A stretch of DNA of 64,000 nt from an uncultured Candidatus Cloacimonadota bacterium. Lineage in GTDB: Bacteria > Cloacimonadota > Cloacimonadia > Cloacimonadales > TCS61. The notes under the pieces were generated by a model. The model did no database searches. It saw only the letters and a list, made by a program, of their open reading frames with translations, and had not been told where the DNA came from. The translations under genes and the position numbers were made by a program. The stretch spans positions 7,471 through 71,470 of the forward strand of contig CAYSSJ010000002.1 in the NCBI GenBank assembly GCA_964433675.1. The letters run 5' to 3'. Below, one piece after another: positions 1 through 10,016 of the stretch (positions are counted from its first letter, which is position 1; each line of letters starts with the position of its first letter).

Positions 1-2511
1 AAGCTAAAAGGAGAAGAAAACACCTACTTTTTGGTATGGACAACCACACCATGGACTTTGATATCTAATGTAGCATTGGCGGTTAATCCATGCGAATCTT
101 ATGTGAAAGTAAAATATCAGGATCATTATCTGATCTTGGCAAAGGCACTGCTCTCGGTACTGGGAGATGAATATGAAATTGTGGATGAATTCGTAGGTGA
201 AAAAATAAAAGGTGTGGAATACGAGCAATTATTCCCATTTATAAAGCCGAATAAGAAAGCATTTTATCTCATTACCGCAGATTTTGTATCGATGGAAGAC
301 GGTTCGGGAGTAGTACATATAGCTCCTGCTTTTGGTCAGGATGACTATGAACTTGGCAAGATATATGATTTGCCGATAATACAACCGGTAGATGATTCCG
401 GAAAATTCACCGCTGAAATTTCCGATTGGGCTGGCGTGTTCGTGAAAGATACAGATAAATCGATCATCAGGAATTTAAAAGAGCGAAAGCTATTGAACAA
501 TCGTAAACAGATAGTTCACAGCTATCCGTTCTGCTGGCGTTGCGATTCACCGCTCATCTATTATGCCCGTTCCGGTTGGTTTATAAAGACCAGTCAGTTC
601 AAAGAGCAGATGATGCAAAACAGTCGAGATATAAACTGGTATCCCCCGTTCGTGGGTGAAAAACGGTTTGGCTCTTGGCTGGAGAATAATGTAGATTGGG
701 CAATCTCCCGTGATCGTTTTTGGGGTACTCCTCTCAACATCTGGACCTGCGATTCTTGCGGAAAAATGGATAGCGCCGGTTCGATCGCAGAGTTGCGTGA
801 GAAAGGTAAGCTCAAGACCGGTGAATCTGTACCCGAAGATATCGAGCTGCATCGTCCTTATGTGGATGATATCGAATTCACTTGTTCGGATTGTAACTCG
901 AAAATGCACAGAACTCCTGAAGTTATAGACTGCTGGTTCGATAGTGGTTCGATGCCGTTCGCACAACATCACTATCCTTTCGAGAATGAAGATATTTTCC
1001 ACAGCGAACTTTTCCCCGCCGATTTCATCAGTGAAGGGATAGATCAAACCAGAGGTTGGTTCTATTCACTTTTGGCAATCTCAACATTGCTGACCGGCAA
1101 ATCAAGCTACAAAAATGTGTTGGTAAATGATCTTATCCTTGATAAAAAAGGCTTGAAAATGAGCAAGAGCCGTGGTAATTCTATCATCGGTAAAGACTTG
1201 CTTGATCTTATGTATAAATATGGAGCAGATTCTACTCGCTGGTACCTCCTTGCCGTTAGTCCACCTTGGATCCCGACTAAATTCAATGAAGCCGGTGTAC
1301 AGGAAGTGGTCAACAAATTCATCGGTACTCTGAAAAACGTGTATTCTTTCTTTGTTACCTATGCCAATATAGACAATTTCGATGCAACTACCTACGAATG
1401 GACTGACGAGAAATCCGCTCAATTGGATAGATGGATCGTATCGAGATTGAACAGTCTAATCTTAGATGTAAACGAAAACATGGAGAAATACGATCTCACC
1501 CGTTGCGTACGCTCGATTCAGAAATTCGTCTTGGATGATGTGAGTAACTGGTATGTACGTCGCTCACGCAGAAGATATTGGTCTTTGGAACTTACCGAAG
1601 ACAAAAAGGATGCCTATCTCACCCTGAACCACATATTGTTGACTGTATGCAAATTGATGGCACCTTTTGCACCATTCATCGCTGAGGATATTTATACCAA
1701 CCTCACCGGTGAGGAAAGTGTTCATCTGCAAGAGTATCCCCAAGCAAATACTTCGGTGCTAGATACAAACCTGGAAAAAGAGATGCAAACGATCATCGAT
1801 CTGGTCTCTCTTGGCAGAGCTGCCCGAAATAAATGTCAGATCAAAGTAAGGCAGACGCTTAGCTCTCTATATGTACCTGCAGAAGTGAAAGATATCATCT
1901 CCGGAAAAGAAGAGCTCATCAAAGAAGAGATCAATGTGAAGACGATCGAATATATCGAGAATAAAGATAGTTTCGTCGATTATGAGATAAAACCGAACTT
2001 CAAGGTTATGGGTCCAAAATATGGGAAGCATATGAAGAACATCTCTTCTGCATTGAATTCCATTGATGGTAGCCACATTGTTTCCGCTTTGCACGAGGGA
2101 AAAGATTATTATTTGGAGATAGACGGCAGTAGTTTCAAGATAACTCCGGAAGATCTGAATATCGACATTAAAGATAAAGAGGGCTTTGTTTTTGAATCGG
2201 ACAAAGAACTTTATGTAGCGTTGGATACCAATCTTACTCCTGAACTCATCGAAGAAGGAATGGCACGGGAATTGATCAATAAGATCCAGTATACGCGTAA
2301 GGAACTCGATTTCGACATCATGGATAGGATCTCACTATTCTATCATAGCGATGCTGAGATAGACAAAGTGATGGAAAATCATGGCGAATATATCAAACAG
2401 GAAACTTTAGCCGACAGTATCCAAAAGTTGGATTCCCCCACCGAAGATATGGAGAAGTGGGATATCAACGGTAAGACAGTTTATTATAAAATAAATAGAA
2501 ATAAGGAGTAG
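1..2511 (+). CDS. ileS: Isoleucyl-tRNA synthetase, type 2 (5'-truncated by the window)
   Basis: WTTTPWTL editing motif, DWAISRDRFWGTP, EGIDQTRGWFY, KMSKS; IleRS2-type C-terminus EGMARELINKIQ; frame is open from base 1. Confidence 0.96.
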   Translation, partial: KLKGEENTYFLVWTTTPWTLISNVALAVNPCESYVKVKYQDHYLILAKALLSVLGDEYEIVDEFVGEKIKGVEYEQLFPFIKPNKKAFYLITADFVSMEDGSGVVHIAPAFGQDDYELGKIYDLPIIQPVDDSGKFTAEISDWAGVFVKDTDKSIIRNLKERKLLNNRKQIVHSYPFCWRCDSPLIYYARSGWFIKTSQFKEQMMQNSRDINWYPPFVGEKRFGSWLENNVDWAISRDRFWGTPLNIWTCDSCGKMDSAGSIAELREKGKLKTGESVPEDIELHRPYVDDIEFTCSDCNSKMHRTPEVIDCWFDSGSMPFAQHHYPFENEDIFHSELFPADFISEGIDQTRGWFYSLLAISTLLTGKSSYKNVLVNDLILDKKGLKMSKSRGNSIIGKDLLDLMYKYGADSTRWYLLAVSPPWIPTKFNEAGVQEVVNKFIGTLKNVYSFFVTYANIDNFDATTYEWTDEKSAQLDRWIVSRLNSLILDVNENMEKYDLTRCVRSIQKFVLDDVSNWYVRRSRRRYWSLELTEDKKDAYLTLNHILLTVCKLMAPFAPFIAEDIYTNLTGEESVHLQEYPQANTSVLDTNLEKEMQTIIDLVSLGRAARNKCQIKVRQTLSSLYVPAEVKDIISGKEELIKEEINVKTIEYIENKDSFVDYEIKPNFKVMGPKYGKHMKNISSALNSIDGSHIVSALHEGKDYYLEIDGSSFKITPEDLNIDIKDKEGFVFESDKELYVALDTNLTPELIEEGMARELINKIQYTRKELDFDIMDRISLFYHSDAEIDKVMENHGEYIKQETLADSIQKLDSPTEDMEKWDINGKTVYYKINRNKE

Positions 2512-2513
2512 TT

Positions 2514-3761
2514 ATGGCTAAGATTCATCCATTCAAAGGATTACGTCCCCTACCCGATAAGGTGGAAAAGATCGCTTCTCCCCCCTATGATGTACTGAAT
2601 TCTACCGAAGCGAGAGAAATGGCAAAAGAGAATGAGTTTAGTTTTTTACATGTAGTAAAACCGGAGATAGACTTGCCTGAGAGTACTCACATCTATGATG
2701 ATGCGGTTTATCAGAAAGGTAAGGATAATTTGCAGAAGCTAATCTCTGAAGGACATATGAAACAAGATGAGAAACCTACCTATTACATTTACAAACAAAT
2801 CATGGGAGATTATGAACAGGTAGGATTGGTTGTCTGCGCATCTATAGAAGATTACGAAAACGATATCATCAAAAAACATGAACACACCCGTGCTGAGAAA
2901 GAAACCGACAGAGTGAAACATGTGGAAACCCTCAATGCCAACACCGGTCCGGTATTCCTCACTTACAAAGCAAGAAAGGATATTGATGATATGATCGCAG
3001 CATTCATCAGTCAGAATAAACCGACATACGACTTTACTGCAGATGATGAAGTGAAACATATTTTCTGGACGCTCGAAGATGATGCATTAGTAGAAAAGAT
3101 CACCCGGGAATTCGCAGAAATCGATTATCTCTATGTTGCCGATGGTCATCATCGCTCTGCTTCCGGAACCATAGTAGGACAGAAAAGGCGTTCTGCCAAT
3201 CCGAACCATACCGGCGAAGAGGAATACAATTTCTTCTTATCCGTGCTATTCCCACACGACCAATTACATATCATGGATTACAATCGCGTGGTGAAAGATC
3301 TAAACGGATTGAGCAAAGAAGAATTTTTGCAAAATGTGAAAAATGATTTCATCATTGAATCAGTATCCGATAATAAGCCATACAAACCGGAGGCAATGCA
3401 CAATTTCGGCATGTATTTGGATGGAAAATGGTACAAATTGACAGCAAAACCGGAAAGCTTCGATGCCAAGGATCCCGTTAGCTCATTGGATGTGGCTATC
3501 CTACAGAACAATCTACTCAGCCCGATTCTCGGTATCGGAGATCCGCGCAAAGATAACAGGATTGATTTCGTCGGTGGCATTCGTGGTTTGGAGCATCTTG
3601 CCAAACGAGTGGACGAAGGCGAAGCTGTGGCATTTTCTATGTATCCCACTACCATAGAGCAGCTTATGGCAATAGCAGATGCGGGTAAAGTTATGCCGCC
3701 CAAATCGACTTGGTTCGAGCCGAAACTTCGCTCCGGACTTATTGTTCATCTGTTGGATTAG
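2514..3761 (+). CDS. DUF1015 family protein
   Basis: N-terminal PFKGLRP..SPPYDV, IKKHEHT, YVADGHHRS, MPPKSTWFEPKLRSGL. Confidence 0.88.
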   Translation: MAKIHPFKGLRPLPDKVEKIASPPYDVLNSTEAREMAKENEFSFLHVVKPEIDLPESTHIYDDAVYQKGKDNLQKLISEGHMKQDEKPTYYIYKQIMGDYEQVGLVVCASIEDYENDIIKKHEHTRAEKETDRVKHVETLNANTGPVFLTYKARKDIDDMIAAFISQNKPTYDFTADDEVKHIFWTLEDDALVEKITREFAEIDYLYVADGHHRSASGTIVGQKRRSANPNHTGEEEYNFFLSVLFPHDQLHIMDYNRVVKDLNGLSKEEFLQNVKNDFIIESVSDNKPYKPEAMHNFGMYLDGKWYKLTAKPESFDAKDPVSSLDVAILQNNLLSPILGIGDPRKDNRIDFVGGIRGLEHLAKRVDEGEAVAFSMYPTTIEQLMAIADAGKVMPPKSTWFEPKLRSGLIVHLLD

Positions 3762-3832
3762 TAATGCCAAATGGATATCGAACATAAATCTTGCCAGGTG
3801 GGCGCTAAAAATGCCCACCTGTTCTTATCAAA

Positions 3833-5131
3833 ATGAAATACTATCTCATTAGTCTCGGTTGCCCAAAAAATCTGGTGGATAGTGAACGGTTTTCTGCTAT
3901 AATAGAAGCAGGTGGATATGAACTTACCACTGATCCGGTCGAGGCTGATACCATTATTATCAATACCTGCGGATTTATTCAGGATGCCAAAGTCGAAGCG
4001 GTTGATACTATTTTGGAGGCGGCTGAATATAAAAAAGATGGTGCTAATTTGATAGTAACCGGCTGTTTGGTGAGAAGATATTTTGAAGATATCCAAAAAA
4101 GTATTCCGGAGATAGATCACCTGGTTGATCTGCAAGATTTCGACAAGTTTGCTCAGATTTTTACTATCCCGACTGTTTCCAAGAAGCGGAAATTGATGAC
4201 CGCCGGACATTATGCATACTTGCGTATTACCGACGGATGCAACAATCTTTGTAGTTACTGCGCTATACCGTCCATACGAGGAAGTTTGTGCAGTAAACCT
4301 ATTGAAGAGTTGCTACAAGAAGCTGAGGAATTGGCAGCCGGTGGGGTGAAAGAGCTCATAATAATCGGTCAGGATATCGCTCAGTATGGCGTAGACCTTT
4401 ATGGAGAACAGAAATTGGCAAAACTCCTCAAACAAATCCATAAAATTGAAGCACTGAAGTGGATCAAATTATTGTATCTTCATCCTGCTCATATCACTAC
4501 CGAATTATTGGATACTATCTCCACACTTCCCAAAATCTGCCGCTATTTCGATATACCCATACAGCATATTAATGATGATATCCTGCACTCTATGAACCGG
4601 CATATCAGCAAAGCAGAGACCATAGCTTTATTAGATGATATCCGCTCCAAATTTCCCGAAGCGGTTATCAGAACGACGATTATCACCGGCTATCCCGGCG
4701 AGACAAAAGAGCATTTTGAAGAATTGAAAGAATTTATTATCGAGCAAAAGTTCGAGCGACTGGGTGTATTTGTCTATTCGCCGGAAGAGGATACTACCGC
4801 TTATGGACTCAAAAAAAGAGTGCCATCCAAACTTGCTTTAGCACGCAAAGATGAGTTGATGAGTATCCAACAGCAGATTTCCATCGCCTTTCTGGAAAAT
4901 TTCATAGGAAGCTATCTGCCGGTGATCATAGATGCCGAAAGTGATAGTGATGACTTTCACTATATTGGCAGAACTTATTTTGATGCTCCCGAAATCGATG
5001 GGATTGTATATCTGACCGGTAATGATTTGGGACCGGGAGATATTGTGAAGACTAACATAACCGATTCGACCGAATATGACCTGATCGGAGAATATAAACA
5101 AACGGAGGAAATCCAATGCCGTCAAAAATAG
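3833..5131 (+). CDS. rimO: Ribosomal protein S12 methylthiotransferase RimO
   Basis: SLGCPKNLVDSE, NTCGFI, radical-SAM CNNLCSYC, C-terminal DAPEIDG. Confidence 0.93.
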   Translation: MKYYLISLGCPKNLVDSERFSAIIEAGGYELTTDPVEADTIIINTCGFIQDAKVEAVDTILEAAEYKKDGANLIVTGCLVRRYFEDIQKSIPEIDHLVDLQDFDKFAQIFTIPTVSKKRKLMTAGHYAYLRITDGCNNLCSYCAIPSIRGSLCSKPIEELLQEAEELAAGGVKELIIIGQDIAQYGVDLYGEQKLAKLLKQIHKIEALKWIKLLYLHPAHITTELLDTISTLPKICRYFDIPIQHINDDILHSMNRHISKAETIALLDDIRSKFPEAVIRTTIITGYPGETKEHFEELKEFIIEQKFERLGVFVYSPEEDTTAYGLKKRVPSKLALARKDELMSIQQQISIAFLENFIGSYLPVIIDAESDSDDFHYIGRTYFDAPEIDGIVYLTGNDLGPGDIVKTNITDSTEYDLIGEYKQTEEIQCRQK

Positions 5132-6114
5132 CATGCACAGGAATCAAGCCGACAGGTATGCCCCATATCGGTAATTATCTCGGCGCTATAAAACCAGCTT
5201 TGGAATTGATGCAAAAATATGAAGCCAGATACTTCATCGCCGATTATCATGCCCTCAATTCCCTTAAAGATCCCCAGCAATTACGAGAAATGACCTACGA
5301 AGTAGCAGCTGCATGGCTTGCCTGTGGTCTCGATCCCGAAAGGTCGCTAGTTTACAAACAATCTCAGGTTCCCGAGATTTTTGAGCTAACGATAATGCTG
5401 CTTGCCTTCACGCCCAAAGGTTTGATGAACAGAGCACATGCCTACAAGGCATTAGTAGCACAAAATGAACAAATGCAGCGTGATCCCGACGATGGCGTCA
5501 ATATGGGGCTCTTTACCTATCCGGTGCTAATGGCAGCAGATATTTTGATGTTCGATACTGATGTGGTACCAATCGGTAAAGACCAAGCCCAGCATCTGGA
5601 AATGACCATCGATATCGCCCAGAGCTTCAACCATAACTACGGCAGAGAGCTTCTGAAGATACCTCAACCATCTTATAATGAAGCCAGTAAGACGGTGATC
5701 GGTTTGGATGGCAGGAAGATGAGCAAAAGCTATAACAACACCATTCCACTTTTTTGCGAAGAGAAAAAGTTGAGAAAAATGCTGATGAAAATAGTTACTA
5801 ATTCTCAGACGGTAGATGAGCCAAAAGATCCGGGAACTTGCAATATTTTCGCACTTTACAAACTTTTTGCCAATCAGGATCAGATAGAAAACTTAGCCGA
5901 AAGATACCGTCAAGGCGGTATGGGATGGGGACATGCCAAACAGGAGCTTTTCGAGGTGATGAACGAAGCTCTAAAACCGCTGCGCGAAAGATACAACCGG
6001 ATCATCAATGATAAGGTATATATAGATTCTGTACTGGCTAGCGGATCTACACAAGCGCGTGAATTTGCAGCCAAAAAGCTAAAATTTCTCAGAAGTGAAA
6101 TCGGAGTAGAGTAA
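5116..6114 (+). CDS. trpS: Tryptophanyl-tRNA synthetase
   Basis: TGIKPTG..HIGNYLG, YPVLMAADIL, GKDQAQH, KMSKSY. Confidence 0.96.
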   Translation: MPSKIACTGIKPTGMPHIGNYLGAIKPALELMQKYEARYFIADYHALNSLKDPQQLREMTYEVAAAWLACGLDPERSLVYKQSQVPEIFELTIMLLAFTPKGLMNRAHAYKALVAQNEQMQRDPDDGVNMGLFTYPVLMAADILMFDTDVVPIGKDQAQHLEMTIDIAQSFNHNYGRELLKIPQPSYNEASKTVIGLDGRKMSKSYNNTIPLFCEEKKLRKMLMKIVTNSQTVDEPKDPGTCNIFALYKLFANQDQIENLAERYRQGGMGWGHAKQELFEVMNEALKPLRERYNRIINDKVYIDSVLASGSTQAREFAAKKLKFLRSEIGVE

Positions 6115-6200
6115 ATAATGAGAGAGCCAAATAAAATCATTGACACCAACAGCGGTAGTCAATAAAAGTGCTTTCAATTTTAAATAGAGGTGATTAAGAT

Positions 6201-6566
6201 ATGTATTCTATATTAATGATATTGCATGTAATATTTTCAGTAGCATTGATCGTAGTGATTCTTTCCCAATCCGGGAAAGGCGGAGCTTTGGACGGTCTGG
6301 TCGGTGGAACTGCCTCCAATATGCTTGGCGGTCAGACTGCATCTGGTTTTCTAAAAAACGCTACCAAGACTTTGGCAGTACTTTTCATGGTAACTTCCAT
6401 CCTGCTGGCTTTTCAAGTTCGCGGCGGAAGACCAGGCAGAAGTGCTGTGGATAGAATGAGAAGCGAAACCGAAAGAACTCAACCGGTAGAGCAACCTACG
6501 CAGGAGACTCCTGCTGAAGTGCCGGCAGCTCCTTTCGGTGATGAATTCGAAACTGAAGAGGAATAG
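6201..6566 (+). CDS. secG: Preprotein translocase subunit SecG
   Basis: Two TM helices around a Q-x-GKGG glycine-rich loop; followed by tRNA-Leu (conserved synteny). Confidence 0.9.
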   Translation: MYSILMILHVIFSVALIVVILSQSGKGGALDGLVGGTASNMLGGQTASGFLKNATKTLAVLFMVTSILLAFQVRGGRPGRSAVDRMRSETERTQPVEQPTQETPAEVPAAPFGDEFETEEE

Positions 6567-6573
6567 AAATAAC

Positions 6574-6663
6574 GCAGAAGTGGTGGAATTGGCAGACACG
6601 CAAGACTAAGGATCTTGTGCCCATTTAACGGGTGTGCGGGTTCGAGTCCCGCCTTCTGCACCA
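6574..6663 (+). tRNA. tRNA-Leu, anticodon AAG (6608-6610)
   Basis: Acceptor GCAGAAG/CTTCTGC plus A73-CCA; anticodon stem CAAGA/TCTTG with loop CT-AAG-GA; long variable arm; T-arm GCGGG-TTCGAGT-CCCGC. Confidence 0.93.
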
Positions 6664-6696
6664 TAGTTATCCCGATAGATTTTCGTTAATAAAAAT

Positions 6697-7104
6697 CTAC
6701 CATTGTTGATTTCCGTAGATGCTCCATTCTCCATCTTCACGATAGAAATATGAGAATTCTCCCTGCTCATCGGGCGCGATGAATTTATCTTCATCCAAAT
6801 AGAAAACAAAAGAGGCAACCGCGTCGTAATTATCGACTTCGATATCAATGTCGGTGATATCCATCAAAATATAATCCATCAGTCTCAAAGTCCATAAATC
6901 CTCTACCTGAGGTGTCTCCATGCTATTGTGCAAGAAATCTTCATGGTAAAAAGACATTATAGTCTCCAAATCTCCCATATTGAATGCAGATTTGATATCA
7001 TCCAGAATCTCCCTGATCTTCTGTTCATGATATTCCACCTCTACCGGATCGGAAGCGCAAGAAAGCAGTATTAGTCCCAAAAGTGCAATAAAAAAAAATC
7101 TCAT
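6697..7104 (-). CDS. Lipoprotein, NTF2/SnoaL-like fold
   Basis: Signal peptide with lipobox LLSC; AFNMGDLETIMSFYHEDF and terminal EDGEWSI resemble NTF2-like domains. Confidence 0.55.
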   Translation of the reverse strand: MRFFFIALLGLILLSCASDPVEVEYHEQKIREILDDIKSAFNMGDLETIMSFYHEDFLHNSMETPQVEDLWTLRLMDYILMDITDIDIEVDNYDAVASFVFYLDEDKFIAPDEQGEFSYFYREDGEWSIYGNQQW

Positions 7105-8423
7105 GCTCTATCCATAATCACGACATTCTCGATGTGATAAGTATGAGGGAACATATCGAATGCTTTTCGCTTAGTTACTTGATAGCCATTTTCAATCAGG
7201 CTTTGGCAGTCACGAAATTGAGACATCGGATTGCAGCCCACATAGATCAGATGTGGGATATTATACATTGCGATCAAGGCTATCAGCTTGGAAGACAGAC
7301 CTTTTCTAGGCGGATCGAATATAATGGTATCTATTGTCTGACTACTGAGCACTTTTTCTATTTTCGCTTCTACATCTCCACTCAAGAACTCGGTGTTGTT
7401 CAAACCATTCAATTCTGCAGAGATGCGAGCATCTTGCAGAGCTTGTTCATTCTGCTCGATCCCGATGATCTTCTCAGCTTTATCTGCTATATAGATACCG
7501 ATAGCTCCTACTCCACAATAGGCATCCAATACCGTTTTCTGAGGAGCAATCTGCTCTTTGATATAAGCATAAAGATCGGCAGCAACACCGGCGTTGATCT
7601 GGAAGAAAGATTTGTAATTCAGTTTGTATTTAACATCATCGATGATTTCGGTAAAATCAGGTTTACCCATCAAAATCTTCTCATCATCACCTAAGATCGT
7701 ATTACCCGGTTTGGGATTGATGTTTTGCACGATACCTACCACATTATCATATTTTTCACCTATCATGCGGACTAATTGCTTGGTAAAGGGCATCTTCCTG
7801 GTTTTCGTTACGACTACCATGATGATCTCGCCGGCAGTGTTCATCCTGAAACCGAGATGCCGAACTCCCCCTGTATGTTTCTGCTCATCATAGATAGGCA
7901 CTTTGGCAGCATAGCAGTATCGGACAAAATCCTCTGCGATATTATCGAAGATTTCCGGATGAAGCCGGCAGGTTTTGTGCGGGATTACTTGGTGAGATTG
8001 TTTGGCAAACATACCGATTTTGATATCTCCCCCACTTTCGGTGAGCGGCATAAAGGTTTTGTTCCTATAGTGATGGATATCTTTAGATGAAGATATAAAA
8101 TCCATCCGGGGAGCTAGATGCAAAAAGATCTCATCTATTATAATTTGTTTTGCTTCAAGTTGGTGTTCATACTTCAAAGTGAGCCAATCGCAGCCGCCAC
8201 ACTTACCGAACAATTCACATTGGGATTTTATGCGCCGATTTGAGGACGATAGTATAGTCGAGACTTCAGCAAAGCGGATACTGCCCTTCTCGAAGATAAC
8301 CTTGGCATCTACTACATCTCCCGGATAAGCATGTTGGACAAATATCGTTTTGTCTTCATGATATGCCAATCCATAGCCTTTATAGACCAGTTTTTCGATT
8401 TTTAGTTCTTTAATAAGCCTCAT
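7101..8423 (-). CDS. rlmD: 23S rRNA (uracil-5)-methyltransferase RlmD (start placed at MRLIKEL, ATGA overlap with upstream gene)
   Basis: TRAM domain, CELFGKCGGCDW, SFFQIN, LDAYCGVG, DPPRKG, DMFPHTYHIE. Confidence 0.92.
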   Translation of the reverse strand: MRLIKELKIEKLVYKGYGLAYHEDKTIFVQHAYPGDVVDAKVIFEKGSIRFAEVSTILSSSNRRIKSQCELFGKCGGCDWLTLKYEHQLEAKQIIIDEIFLHLAPRMDFISSSKDIHHYRNKTFMPLTESGGDIKIGMFAKQSHQVIPHKTCRLHPEIFDNIAEDFVRYCYAAKVPIYDEQKHTGGVRHLGFRMNTAGEIIMVVVTKTRKMPFTKQLVRMIGEKYDNVVGIVQNINPKPGNTILGDDEKILMGKPDFTEIIDDVKYKLNYKSFFQINAGVAADLYAYIKEQIAPQKTVLDAYCGVGAIGIYIADKAEKIIGIEQNEQALQDARISAELNGLNNTEFLSGDVEAKIEKVLSSQTIDTIIFDPPRKGLSSKLIALIAMYNIPHLIYVGCNPMSQFRDCQSLIENGYQVTKRKAFDMFPHTYHIENVVIMDRA

Positions 8424-9136
8424 AGTTTCTTCACAATCTGCATAAATCTGAGTTTCCAAACCATATATATAGCTTCATAGACGATTTTTTTGGACATTTT
8501 GGAAATACCGCTCTTTCGTTCAGTAAACACGATCGGAATCTCCTTCATCTTCCCTTTTCTCACCCAAATTCTGTATTTCATTTCTATCTGAAAAGAATAT
8601 CCATCCGAATAGATCTTCTTGTCCATGATCTGTTGCAGGATCTCCCGTCTGTAACCCACAAAACCGCTGGTAGGATCGTCGATCGTCATGCCGGTGATCA
8701 GTTTCACATAGCGGGAAGCCAGATAGCTCAGGAGCAAGCGTTTCATCGTCCAATGGATCACATTCACCGTGCCGCCTATATAGCGGGAACCGATAACGGC
8801 ATCATGATCTGTGAGTATTTCGATCATTTCGGGTAATCTGGCGGGATTATGAGAGAAATCGGCATCCATCTCGAATATGTTTTGATAATCTCGCTCGAGC
8901 GCCCAGGCGAAACCTTGCAGATAGGCAGAACCCAATCCGAGTTTCCCCTCTCTCTCGATCAGATGTATCCTATGATTATCTTGCATGAGCGATTTCACGA
9001 TCTGAGCTGTCTTATCAGGCGAATTATCGTCCACGATCAGAATCTCAATTTGCTCATCCTGTTTTAGCGTCACATCGATAATCGCTGCGATATTATCCTT
9101 TTCGTTATATGTCGGAATTATGATTAGGCTTTTCAT
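8420..9136 (-). CDS. Polyprenol monophosphomannose synthase-like GT2 glycosyltransferase
   Basis: IIPTYNE, DDNSPD, GKLGLGSAY, EMDADFSH, GYSFQIEM. Confidence 0.88.
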   Translation of the reverse strand: MKSLIIIPTYNEKDNIAAIIDVTLKQDEQIEILIVDDNSPDKTAQIVKSLMQDNHRIHLIEREGKLGLGSAYLQGFAWALERDYQNIFEMDADFSHNPARLPEMIEILTDHDAVIGSRYIGGTVNVIHWTMKRLLLSYLASRYVKLITGMTIDDPTSGFVGYRREILQQIMDKKIYSDGYSFQIEMKYRIWVRKGKMKEIPIVFTERKSGISKMSKKIVYEAIYMVWKLRFMQIVKKL

Positions 9137-9885
9137 TCGTCTTTATCCCTATTATTGACAAGTAGTTGAGCTTCGGGCACGGTTTTATATTTCTTTGCGG
9201 GAGCGCCGACCCAGATCTCTTTTGACGGGATATCATGCGTTATCACACTAGCAGCAGCAGCCACACCATCCGATTCGATCGTCTTACCCGGTAATATGGT
9301 AGAGTTCACCCCGATTCTACCACCGGTTTTCACCACTACGCCTTTGAAATGCTTGAATCTCTCCTTATCTCTTCCCAAATAGTTATCGTTACTGGTCAAG
9401 ACTCCCGGAGCGATGAAGCAATAATCTTCGATCTGCGAATAGGCAGTGATATACGAATTAGTCTCCAATTTATTCCTGGAGCCGATAGTGCAAAAATTCT
9501 CTATAGTTACATTCCTACCGATTATATTCAACTCACCGATCTTCACATTCTCTCTGATAGTTGCCATATCTGCGATCAGGTTTTTTGCTCCGATCTCTGC
9601 TTGGGCATAGATTATCACATTGGTTCCAATCTGACACTTATCCCCGATTTTAGCAGGTTGCAGCTCCTTTTGCGGTTTGAATATACTACGCGGTGAGCTC
9701 AGCGGCATCTTGCCGATAACGCTGTTAGCATCTATCCTCACATGATCTCCGATAACGCTACCCGGATGAATAACTACATTATGACCGATCTTGCAGTTCT
9801 GGCCTATAACGACTTCATCCGAGATCACGCAATTGTACCCGATCTCTGAATCTTTTCCTATTTTGGCTGAATCAGATATATGCAT
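9133..9885 (-). CDS. Hexapeptide-repeat (LbH) acetyltransferase
   Basis: Many [IV]GxxxxIG hexapeptide repeats, FIAPGVLTSND, WVGAPAK. Confidence 0.8.
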   Translation of the reverse strand: MHISDSAKIGKDSEIGYNCVISDEVVIGQNCKIGHNVVIHPGSVIGDHVRIDANSVIGKMPLSSPRSIFKPQKELQPAKIGDKCQIGTNVIIYAQAEIGAKNLIADMATIRENVKIGELNIIGRNVTIENFCTIGSRNKLETNSYITAYSQIEDYCFIAPGVLTSNDNYLGRDKERFKHFKGVVVKTGGRIGVNSTILPGKTIESDGVAAAASVITHDIPSKEIWVGAPAKKYKTVPEAQLLVNNRDKDE

Positions 9886-9956
9886 TTTTCCTCCTGCTGT
9901 CTAGTATAGAAGTGCATTTTTTTTCAGATAGCAAAGAATCGTAAAGTATTTTTTTT

Positions 9957-9995
9957 GGAAAGAGAAACGGCTGACCATTTTTCGCCAGCCGTTTC
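9957..9995 (-). terminator. Intrinsic terminator after gdh
   Basis: Stem GAAACGGCTG/CAGCCGTTTC followed by TCTTTCC on the minus strand. Confidence 0.65.
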
Positions 9996-10016
9996 GTATC
10001 TAAGTTCCGTCTGTTT

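Noticed and set aside
1-2511. Eukaryote-like IleRS as a novelty
   Set aside because: IleRS2 is widespread in bacteria
6601-6617. Reading the tRNA anticodon as TAA
   Set aside because: The 5-bp stem and 7-nt loop put U33 at 6607, so the anticodon is AAG
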